57,589 nt of DNA from Oscillospiraceae bacterium (GTDB lineage: Bacteria > Bacillota > Clostridia > Oscillospirales > CAG-272), in NCBI GenBank assembly GCA_015064345.1, contig SVSK01000005.1:1-57589 (forward strand), written 5' to 3'. Within the stretch, counting starts at the first letter, position 1, and every line of letters starts with the position of its first letter. This document shows positions 9,722-17,429 of this stretch, in pieces. A program made the translations under genes and the position numbers. Under the pieces are notes generated by a model, which saw only the letters and a program-made list of their open reading frames with translations, was not told where the DNA came from and did no database searches.

Positions 9722-10836
9722 TGAATTACAACAGAAAAGTAAATGTCAACGCATCTCCTAAAAGAGATCGAACCGGAAAAAAGGTTGCTAAAATAGTATT
9801 TCAATCAATTTTAGTTATTCTTACGGCGGTTGTTCTCCTTTCGGCTACATTACTTGTATCTCTGAAGATGATTTGCTCCAGCATTTCCCCCTCCGCTCAG
9901 AGAATGTTTGTTACCACCATTCTTGAGACAGGTCAGCTTAAGTTCCTCGCTTCATGGTTCCTGTCCCCCGATGAGATCCAGGCGATCGTTGACACCAACT
10001 CTATGGAATCCTTTGACGAGGAAGTAGACGACAGTCTTATCAGCGTTGGAAGCTTCGGAAGCATTGATATTGGCGGTGAAGCCAAGCCTGACGAAAAGGA
10101 TATTGAGGTCATTGAGATCTCAGGCTCCACCTTCTATGCTAATCTTATCATCGTAAAAGATCCTTCAAGAGTCAGTGTTGCATCAATCTACCCTTGGAGA
10201 AGCGAAGGCGTTACTCTCGATACTATTGTTAATGATGCAGGTGCTATTGCAGGAATTAACGGCGGTCTTTATAACTCCTATAACAACTCCGGCGGAACTC
10301 CATACGGTGTCGTAGTTGCAAACGGTGAGATTCAGCTTAATGAACCAAATCAGTGGCCCGGACTTGTTCTTATAGGTCTGACTGAAGACAATATTCTGCA
10401 GATAATTAATATCGATGGAATGACAAAGCAGCAGGTTAATGATCTGATTAATGAAAAGAAGATCAGAGATGCTGTCACATTCCAGGAAGAAAACAGTGAC
10501 GTTAACAATCACTTCGTACAGCTTGTAATCAACGGAGAAGCCCGTGAGCTTAACGGAAAAGGAAGCGGTCTCAATCCTCGAACTGCTATCGGACAACGTG
10601 CAGACGGTGCCCTGCTGCTTCTTGTAACGGATGGACGAGGCAAGGCAGGTCACCTTGGCGCTTCTGCATCTGACCTTATCAACATTATGCTAGAATACGG
10701 TGCCGTAAATGCGGCTAACCTTGACGGCGGCAGCTCCTCATGTATGTATTACGAAGGCGAATATCTTATGACAAGCGTTACATTCTACTACTCTAACGCT
10801 TCATGGAAGCTTCCTCTTGCCTTTGTTGTTAAGTAA
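9721..10836 (+). CDS. Phosphodiester glycosidase family protein (NAGPA/DUF2233-like), N-terminally anchored
   Basis: Motifs INGGLYN, RTAIGQRADGALLLLVTDGR and ANLDGGSSS are present. There is an N-terminal TM. The start overlaps the upstream stop as TAATG. Confidence 0.75.
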   Translation: MNYNRKVNVNASPKRDRTGKKVAKIVFQSILVILTAVVLLSATLLVSLKMICSSISPSAQRMFVTTILETGQLKFLASWFLSPDEIQAIVDTNSMESFDEEVDDSLISVGSFGSIDIGGEAKPDEKDIEVIEISGSTFYANLIIVKDPSRVSVASIYPWRSEGVTLDTIVNDAGAIAGINGGLYNSYNNSGGTPYGVVVANGEIQLNEPNQWPGLVLIGLTEDNILQIINIDGMTKQQVNDLINEKKIRDAVTFQEENSDVNNHFVQLVINGEARELNGKGSGLNPRTAIGQRADGALLLLVTDGRGKAGHLGASASDLINIMLEYGAVNAANLDGGSSSCMYYEGEYLMTSVTFYYSNASWKLPLAFVVK

Positions 10837-10859
10837 TCTTCAATCAATAATTTCTATAG

Positions 10860-10893
10860 TCCGCTGTGAGAACCACTCATGGCGGATTTTATT
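10860..10893 (+). terminator. Rho-independent terminator of the 5607-10836 operon
   Basis: TCCGC-TG-TGAG (10860-10870) pairs with CTCA-TG-GCGGA (10876-10886), followed by TTTTATT. Confidence 0.7.
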
Positions 10894-10974
10894 ATGTCTC
10901 TCCGTATATACCTCAAACGCTTACATGGCTATATAGCTTTTTTCAGGATATAGTATTTATTTATCATTTTACTC

Positions 10975-11003
10975 TTGTAAAGCGAGGAGACTTGTGATAT
11001 AAT
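10975..11003 (+). promoter_or_regulatory. Sigma-A promoter for proBAC
   Basis: TTGTAA (10975-10980), a 17-nt spacer ending in TGa, then TATAAT (10998-11003). The leader is only about 35 nt. Confidence 0.6.
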
Positions 11004-11041
11004 ACTATATTATTTAGCAGACACAGTGAGAGGTCCTCATC

Positions 11042-11809
11042 ATGAGAATTGCAATTAAAATAGGTACATCAACTATTGCTCATCCCACGGGCAGATTAAA
11101 CATAAAGCACGTCGAAGAATTATGTAAGGTTATTTCCGACCTTGCTAATGCAGGACACGAGATCATGCTCATCTCCTCAGGTGCAATCGGAATGGGTGTA
11201 GGCAAGTTGAATCTGAAATCCCGTCCTACCGATATTCCCACCAAACAGGCGGCTGCCGCCGTCGGTCAGTGCGAGCTGATGTACGTGTACGACAATCTCT
11301 TCTCAGAATACAATCACACAGTAGCGCAGATCCTCGTAACCAATGCAGATATTGAGCACGCAGACAGATACGAGAACTTCAAAAATACAATGAACCGTCT
11401 GCTTGAGCTGGGAGCTATTCCGATTATCAATGAAAACGATACTACGGCTACTGACGAGATCGTTATCGGTGACAACGACACCCTTGCGGCGATGGTTTCT
11501 GTTGCGGTTAAGGCGGATTTGCTAATACTTCTGTCAGATATTGACGGACTTTATACCGCTGATCCCCACAAGTGTGCCGATGCAAAGTTGATCGAGGTTG
11601 TTGAAGAGATCACCCCCGAAATCGTTGCCCTTGCAGGTGGTAAGGGCTCGGAGCTTGGAACAGGCGGAATGACAACTAAGCTTCGCGCGGCTGATATCTG
11701 TACAAAGATCGGAACTGACATGATAATTACAAACGGTGCGAAGCCGTACCTGCTTTACGATATTGCCGAGGGCAAGTCTGTTGGTACGAAGTTCCTTGCA
11801 AGAAAGTGA
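11042..11809 (+). CDS. proB: Glutamate 5-kinase (short form without a PUA domain)
   Basis: KIGTSTI..., ISSGAIGMG, INENDT and GTGGMTTKL are amino-acid kinase fold motifs. Length is 255 aa. It lies upstream of proA. Confidence 0.9.
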   Translation: MRIAIKIGTSTIAHPTGRLNIKHVEELCKVISDLANAGHEIMLISSGAIGMGVGKLNLKSRPTDIPTKQAAAAVGQCELMYVYDNLFSEYNHTVAQILVTNADIEHADRYENFKNTMNRLLELGAIPIINENDTTATDEIVIGDNDTLAAMVSVAVKADLLILLSDIDGLYTADPHKCADAKLIEVVEEITPEIVALAGGKGSELGTGGMTTKLRAADICTKIGTDMIITNGAKPYLLYDIAEGKSVGTKFLARK

Positions 11810-11817
11810 GTGTGAGT

Positions 11818-13074
11818 ATGACTACTATTGAAATGCTCCAGAGAGCAAAGGCCGCTTCTCCTTCCCTTTCTGCTGCTACCACAGAAGAAAAGAATAATGC
11901 CCTATTCAAGATGGCGGATGCTTTGCTCGAGAGTACAGAGGATATCCTCAGAGCCAACGAGGTTGACATAAAGAATGCTGAGGATAAGATATCACCCGTA
12001 ATGATAGACAGGCTCAGGCTGACCAAGGAGCGCATAGAGGGTATGGCGCAAGGTATTCGCGACGTGGCTTCACTTCCCGATCCTGTTGGGATACTTCTTG
12101 ATGAGACAGCACGTCCAAATGGGCTTAAGATCACAAAGGTATCTGTTCCCCTCGGTGTGATTGCGATAATCTATGAAAGCAGGCCCAACGTAACCTCAGA
12201 TGCGGCAGCGCTGTGTATTAAAAGCGGTAATGCTTGTGTACTGCGAGGCGGCAAAGAGGCTTATAATTCATCTAAAGCCGTAGCCGATGCTATGAAGGCG
12301 GGACTAAAGACGGCAGGACTTGACGATGATCTGTTGTTTCTGGTCGAAGACACGACCCGTGCAAGTGCGGCTGAGCTTATGGGTGCTGTCGGACTTGTAG
12401 ATGCCCTTATCCCCCGTGGCGGTGCAGGACTGATACGCGCTTGCATTGAGAATGCGAAAGTTCCCTGTATTCAGACGGGTACGGGAATTTGCCATGTATA
12501 CGTTGACAAGGATGCTGACATTGACATGGCGCTCGATATCATTGAAAACGCGAAAACAAGCCGTCCCTCTGTGTGCAATGCGGCTGAATGTTGTCTGGTT
12601 CATTGCGATGTGGCAGGGACATTTCTGCCGAAGATGTATGACAGACTTGTTAAGGAGCGCGAAAAGGCCGGTATGCCTGCAGTTGAACTTCGAGGTGACA
12701 GTGAAACGGCTAAAATTATCAGCGTAACGCCTGCAGGAGAAAATGACTACAACACAGAGTTCCTCGATTACATACTTGCTGTTAAGGTAGTTGACAGTCT
12801 CAGCGATGCTGTGGCACACATTCGTGCTCATTCTACCACGCACAGCGAGGCCATAATTACAGATAACGAGAACAGCGCGGCAAAATTTGTCGCCGGTGTT
12901 GACAGCTCATCTGTGTATGTCAATGCATCAACAAGATTCACAGACGGCGGAGAGTTCGGCCTCGGCTGTGAAATGGGTATTTCCACGCAAAAGCTCCACG
13001 CTCGCGGTCCTATGGGCCTCAGAGAGCTTACTTCATACAAATATGTTATATACGGAAACGGACAAATAAGATAA
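11818..13074 (+). CDS. proA: Glutamate-5-semialdehyde dehydrogenase
   Basis: The aldehyde dehydrogenase fold is supported by YESRPNVT and NASTRFTDG. The ORF is open from GTG at 11806, but I prefer ATG at 11818. It lies between proB and proC. Confidence 0.9.
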   Translation: MTTIEMLQRAKAASPSLSAATTEEKNNALFKMADALLESTEDILRANEVDIKNAEDKISPVMIDRLRLTKERIEGMAQGIRDVASLPDPVGILLDETARPNGLKITKVSVPLGVIAIIYESRPNVTSDAAALCIKSGNACVLRGGKEAYNSSKAVADAMKAGLKTAGLDDDLLFLVEDTTRASAAELMGAVGLVDALIPRGGAGLIRACIENAKVPCIQTGTGICHVYVDKDADIDMALDIIENAKTSRPSVCNAAECCLVHCDVAGTFLPKMYDRLVKEREKAGMPAVELRGDSETAKIISVTPAGENDYNTEFLDYILAVKVVDSLSDAVAHIRAHSTTHSEAIITDNENSAAKFVAGVDSSSVYVNASTRFTDGGEFGLGCEMGISTQKLHARGPMGLRELTSYKYVIYGNGQIR

Positions 13075-13089
13075 TATAAGGAGAATATT

Positions 13090-13893
13090 ATGGATAGCAT
13101 TAAGATCGGTTTTATCGGATGCGGCACTATGGGTAGTGCAATCGCCACAAGAGTTGCTATGAACCAGAGATACAGTGTTTACGTTAGCGACTACTCGTCA
13201 GAGATCGCTGAGAATCTTGCGACAAGAATCGCAGGTACTTCGGAAACAAACTACGGCATTGCTGAGCTTTGCGACTTCATTTTCCTCGCAGTTAAGCCGC
13301 AGGTTATCGCGTCTGTGCTTGAGGAGATCTACCCCATGCTCAAAACAAGAAAGCAGAAGCCTGTTATCATCAGCATGGCGGCAGGTATTCCGATCGAGAA
13401 GATCAAGAAGCTTTCGGGCGGTCTCCCTGTTATTCGTATCATGCCAAATACTGCCGTTACTGTTGGAAGCGGTATGATCGTATACTCCGTATCTGATGAC
13501 GTATCCGATTCCGCGCGTGTGCAGTTTAACGAATTTATGTCACGTTGCGGTAAGATCGATAGAATCGATGAAGAAAAGATCGACGCTGCTACCTCAATTC
13601 ACGGATGCGGACCCGCTTACGTGTACATGTTTGCAAATGCAATGGCTGATGCAGGTGTGGCAAATGGACTTACAAGAGCACAGGCACTTGAGTATAGTGC
13701 GTACACCCTTCTCGGCGCAGCGAAAATGATCCTCGAATCAGGTAAGCATCCTATGGAGCTGAAAGACAAGGTTTGCAGCCCCGGTGGAAGCACCATTGCA
13801 GGAGTTCTCGCTCTTGACGAGTACGGTTTCAGCGGTGCTGTTGAAGCTGCTGTGGAAGCGGGATATAACAGAACAGTAGAGCTTGGCAAATAG
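13090..13893 (+). CDS. proC: Pyrroline-5-carboxylate reductase
   Basis: IGFIGCGTMGSAI is a Rossmann motif, and SPGGSTIAG is also present. Length is 267 aa. AGGAG RBS. Confidence 0.9.
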   Translation: MDSIKIGFIGCGTMGSAIATRVAMNQRYSVYVSDYSSEIAENLATRIAGTSETNYGIAELCDFIFLAVKPQVIASVLEEIYPMLKTRKQKPVIISMAAGIPIEKIKKLSGGLPVIRIMPNTAVTVGSGMIVYSVSDDVSDSARVQFNEFMSRCGKIDRIDEEKIDAATSIHGCGPAYVYMFANAMADAGVANGLTRAQALEYSAYTLLGAAKMILESGKHPMELKDKVCSPGGSTIAGVLALDEYGFSGAVEAAVEAGYNRTVELGK

Positions 13894-13916
13894 TCAATTA
13901 ATATGTAGAAAATTTG

Positions 13917-13955
13917 CTTTGAAATTGTCAAAATTTCAAGGCATTTTTCTCTTTC
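13917..13955 (+). terminator. Probable AT-rich terminator after proC
   Basis: CTTTGAAATT (13917-13926) pairs with AATTTCAAGG (13932-13941), followed by the T-rich CATTTTTCTCTTTC. Confidence 0.5.
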
Positions 13956-13957
13956 TG

Positions 13958-13986
13958 TTGCAATTTGTAACGTATTGTGCTATACT
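13958..13986 (+). promoter_or_regulatory. Sigma-A promoter for the transporter gene
   Basis: TTGCAA (13958-13963), a 17-nt spacer ending in TGc, then TATACT (13981-13986). Confidence 0.55.
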
Positions 13987-14026
13987 GTATAATAGAAAAC
14001 TATGTGACTGGGGAGAATTATCAACT

Positions 14027-15307
14027 ATGAATCCAATGATCCTTGCACTCATACTCTTTGCACTTACATACGTGCTTATGCTTGTGTTCCAGAAGTACAG
14101 ACCCATAATCGCACTTACTTCTGCAGTTATCTTTATTGTAACCGGCATGATGCCTCTCGGAGAAGCGCTTTCCAACATGGACAGCTGGAACGTTCTGCTT
14201 ATGATCGCAGGTACTATGGGTACTGTGGCTCTTATGATAGAGTCCAAGATGCCTGCCCTGCTTGCTGACCTTCTTATTGAAAAAGTTCCTAACGTAAAGT
14301 GGGCAGTTGTAATGCTCTCGCTTTTTGCAGGTATCGTTTCCGCTTTTATTGACAATGTTGCAACTGTTCTGATGATCGCGCCTATTGCCCTTGCAATTGC
14401 AAAGAAATTTGACATTAACCCTGTCGGTATGATCATCGCGATTGCGGTTTCTTCCAATCTCCAGGGGGCGGCGACTCTCGTAGGAGATACAACATCAATC
14501 ATGCTTGGACAGGCTGCGAACATGGACTTCCTCGACTTCTTTGTATTTAACGGAAAGCCCGGTATTTTCTTTGCCGTTGAGCTCGGTGCATTGATCTCTG
14601 CAATAATTCTGCTGTTCCTTTTCAGAAAAGAAACAGACAAGGTGCAGCCCGGAGAAAGAACAAAGGTTACAAACTACGTTCCCACCGTTCTTATGCTTCT
14701 TACAGTTGCTCTTCTTATCGGTGCATCAGTTTTCCCGAGCAAGCCTGCTATCACAAACGGCGTAATTTGTTGCGTTATCATGGTTATTGGCGTGATCTAC
14801 GATTGCATCAGACGTAAAAGCTTCAAGGCGGCTCTCGACACGCTCAAGGAGATTGACTACAGGACCATTTTACTGCTCTTCGGTCTATTTATCGTAGTTG
14901 GCGGTATTGAGGCACAGGGCGTTGTTAAGGCGATAGCAGACGTATTCCAGAAGGTCAGCGGCGGCAATCTCTTTGTGGTATACACCATCGTTGTTTGGAT
15001 GAGTGTTATTCTCTCCGCGTTTATTGACAACATTCCCTATACAGCTACAATGCTTCCTGTAATGGCTTCCATTGCAGCTAATATGGGAGCTGATCCCATC
15101 GTCCTTTATTTCGGACTCCTCAGCGGTGCGACACTCGGCGGCAACCTCACTCCCATCGGTGCATCCGCTAATATTACCGGTATCGGTATTCTCCGCAAAG
15201 AAGGCTATGAAGTGAAAAACAGCGACTTCCTCAAGATCGGTATTCCCTTTACCTTTGCCGCTGTTATTCCCGCTTATATCTATATATGGCTCTTCTACGG
15301 AGCATGA
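14027..15307 (+). CDS. ArsB/NhaD (citrate-transporter-like) family permease
   Basis: The ORF is open from 13883 and overlaps proC. I prefer ATG at 14027 (MNPMILALIL) because GGGGAG sits upstream. The protein is polytopic and hydrophobic, with a duplicated SAFIDNV/SAFIDNI motif. Confidence 0.75.
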   Translation: MNPMILALILFALTYVLMLVFQKYRPIIALTSAVIFIVTGMMPLGEALSNMDSWNVLLMIAGTMGTVALMIESKMPALLADLLIEKVPNVKWAVVMLSLFAGIVSAFIDNVATVLMIAPIALAIAKKFDINPVGMIIAIAVSSNLQGAATLVGDTTSIMLGQAANMDFLDFFVFNGKPGIFFAVELGALISAIILLFLFRKETDKVQPGERTKVTNYVPTVLMLLTVALLIGASVFPSKPAITNGVICCVIMVIGVIYDCIRRKSFKAALDTLKEIDYRTILLLFGLFIVVGGIEAQGVVKAIADVFQKVSGGNLFVVYTIVVWMSVILSAFIDNIPYTATMLPVMASIAANMGADPIVLYFGLLSGATLGGNLTPIGASANITGIGILRKEGYEVKNSDFLKIGIPFTFAAVIPAYIYIWLFYGA

Positions 15308-15365
15308 TTTACCGTCTCTCAGACAATAATATAGTAAAATAGAAATTCATTGAAAGGTGCATATC

Positions 15366-16781
15366 ATGCGAAAAACAAAAATTATTTGTACGATAGGTCC
15401 CGCGTGTTCAGATGAGGAGACTCTCATAAAAATGTGTCTTGCCGGCATGAATGTGGCCAGACTTAATTTCTCACACGGTACTCACGAGGATCATCTGGAA
15501 AAGATTGAACTCATAAAGAAAGTAAGAGAAAAACTTGATCTTCCCATAGCAATAATGCTTGACACAAAAGGTCCGGAGTACAGAATCAAGACCTTTGAAA
15601 ATAAAAAAGTAACTGTAAACGAGGGAGATATCTTCACTTTCACAACCGAAGATGTCATCGGCGACAGCACCATCGTATCCGTAAACTACAAGCATCTTAT
15701 GGAAGACTTGACCATTGGCGATACCATTATGGTAAACAACGGACTCGTTGTGTTTAAGGTACAGGAGCTTACTGAAACAAAGGCCATCTGTACCGTAACT
15801 GCCGGCGGTGAGCTCTCTGATCGCAAGAGCATGAATTTCCCCAACAAGACTCTTGGACACGCATATCTTTCCGAGCAGGATATTTCCGATATTCTGTTCG
15901 GTATAGAGAATGACGTAGACTTTATTGCGGCTTCATTTGTCTCAAGCAAGGATGATGTCATGTCGATACGCACTTTGCTCAATGAAAACGGCGGACAAGA
16001 TATCAATATCATTGCAAAAATTGAAAACCGTGCAGGCGTTGACAATATTGATGAGATTTGTCAGGTTGCTGACGGCATTATGGTTGCGCGTGGAGACCTT
16101 GGCGTGGAGATTCCTTACGTTGAGGTTCCCTCCATTCAGAAGCATCTGATTCAAAAATGCAGAATGCTCGGAAGTCGTGTAATCACAGCTACCGAAATGC
16201 TTGAATCAATGATCCACAACCCGAGACCAACACGAGCTGAAATTTCCGACGTGGCAAATGCGGTTTATGACGGCTCTTCTGCTATCATGCTGTCCGGTGA
16301 AACTGCCGCAGGTAAACATCCCGTTTCCGCTGTTAAGACGATGAGCGAAATAGCGGAATATACCGAGCAGCACATTGACTACAGCCGCTGGTTTGCTACA
16401 ACGGAGTACAAGATCAAGAATAATCTCGACGCTATCTCACACGCAACCTGTGCTATGGCTATCGACGTTAATGCAAAGTGCATTGTGGTTAACTCCGTAT
16501 CAGGTCTTACAGCACGAATGGTCAGCCGCTTCCGTAGTCCTGCGGACATCATGGGCCACACAACAAGCGTCAAGGCCTGGAGACAGCTTAACCTCAGCTG
16601 GGGTGTTACTCCCGTCCTTAGCGAGAAATATAACTCTCTCGACGTTGTATTCTACCAGGCAACGCAGAACGCAAAGAGAGTGTTTGAACTCAAGCCCGGT
16701 GACAATATCGTTATCACAGGCGGTCTTATTAACGGGGACGCAGGCAATACAAACACTATCAAGGTTGAAACAATAAGATAA
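15366..16781 (+). CDS. pyk: Pyruvate kinase
   Basis: MRKTKIICTIGP, ARLNFSHG and MVARGDLGVEIP are present. The ORF is open from GTG at 15357, but I prefer ATG at 15366 with the AAAGG RBS. Confidence 0.92.
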   Translation: MRKTKIICTIGPACSDEETLIKMCLAGMNVARLNFSHGTHEDHLEKIELIKKVREKLDLPIAIMLDTKGPEYRIKTFENKKVTVNEGDIFTFTTEDVIGDSTIVSVNYKHLMEDLTIGDTIMVNNGLVVFKVQELTETKAICTVTAGGELSDRKSMNFPNKTLGHAYLSEQDISDILFGIENDVDFIAASFVSSKDDVMSIRTLLNENGGQDINIIAKIENRAGVDNIDEICQVADGIMVARGDLGVEIPYVEVPSIQKHLIQKCRMLGSRVITATEMLESMIHNPRPTRAEISDVANAVYDGSSAIMLSGETAAGKHPVSAVKTMSEIAEYTEQHIDYSRWFATTEYKIKNNLDAISHATCAMAIDVNAKCIVVNSVSGLTARMVSRFRSPADIMGHTTSVKAWRQLNLSWGVTPVLSEKYNSLDVVFYQATQNAKRVFELKPGDNIVITGGLINGDAGNTNTIKVETIR

Positions 16782-16796
16782 GAAAACAAAAAATTA

Positions 16797-16832
16797 CGCT
16801 TACCCGCGGATTTCGTGAGTAAGCGTTTTTTA
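16797..16832. terminator. Bidirectional terminator between pyk and the convergent phosphatidyltransferase gene
   Basis: ACGCTTAC (16797-16804) pairs with GTAAGCGT (16820-16827). TTTTTT lies downstream and an A-run lies upstream. Confidence 0.8.
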
Positions 16833-16833
16833 T

Positions 16834-17385
16834 TTATTTTGTCTTTATTTCATTAAAGCTCTTTTTGTACATAAGTGAGTACATGACTGCTGCAAAGAAT
16901 GAAGATATTAAGCACACTGATATCATTCCCCATACAATGAGATCGGGTAAGTCCTTGAAAAGGAACAGCGTAATAAGAGTAGTGTCTATAAATACTGTCG
17001 ACACCTTTCCGTATATCCTTGCGCCGTGGACCTCTTTGGTCTTTTTGTAGTATACAAGTCCGATGACGCCCATCCCGACTTCTTTAATAAGTAATACTGC
17101 AAAAAGCACTGTAAGCTGCGAGTATTCGCCGAGCAAGCACAGTATCATGGCAAGCTGCATCAATTTATCCGCAAATCCGTCAAGTCCTCTTCCGAACTTT
17201 GAGACAGCGTCATACTTTCTGGCTATCTTTCCATCGAAAAAATCGGTGAAGCATGATAAGGCAAGAACTATTACAGCCCAAAGATGGCATCCTTCAATAT
17301 TGTACAATATAACAATGGGGACGATCAGAATTATCCTCAGAAAGCTGAGCATATTCGGTATTTGTTTGATTATATTTCTGTTCAT
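16834..17385 (-). CDS. CDP-alcohol phosphatidyltransferase (PgsA-like)
   Basis: The family motif D-x2-DG-x2-AR-x8-G-x3-D-x3-D is seen as DFFDGKIARKYDAVSKFGRGLDGFADKL. Length is 183 aa with multiple TM helices. AGGAG RBS. Confidence 0.8.
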   Translation of the reverse strand: MNRNIIKQIPNMLSFLRIILIVPIVILYNIEGCHLWAVIVLALSCFTDFFDGKIARKYDAVSKFGRGLDGFADKLMQLAMILCLLGEYSQLTVLFAVLLIKEVGMGVIGLVYYKKTKEVHGARIYGKVSTVFIDTTLITLFLFKDLPDLIVWGMISVCLISSFFAAVMYSLMYKKSFNEIKTK

Positions 17386-17429
17386 TATTTCACTCCTAAC
17401 ACTTAAGTATGCGTTAGCAACCGAAATAT

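Noticed and set aside
10894-11041. Possible T-box or attenuator leader upstream of proBA. Proline biosynthesis genes are T-box regulated in some Bacilli.
   Set aside because: The promoter at 10975-11003 leaves only about 35 nt of leader. I saw no T-box sequence and no terminator/antiterminator alternative structure.
13919-13939. A perfect 8-bp inverted repeat, TTGAAATT-N5-AATTTCAA, between proC and the transporter gene, considered as a possible operator.
   Set aside because: It extends to a 10-bp stem, follows the proC stop directly and is followed by a T-rich tract. The simpler reading is the proBAC terminator.
13883-14026. N-terminal extensions of several track ORFs: 13883-14026, 2458-2514, 54201-54317, 43978-44040, 47738-47767, 33645-33659 and 15357-15365.
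   Set aside because: The extensions overlap upstream genes, promoters or terminators and have no RBS. Internal ATG codons with good Shine-Dalgarno sequences give N-termini typical of the respective families. I therefore chose the shorter starts; the coaE start remains uncertain.
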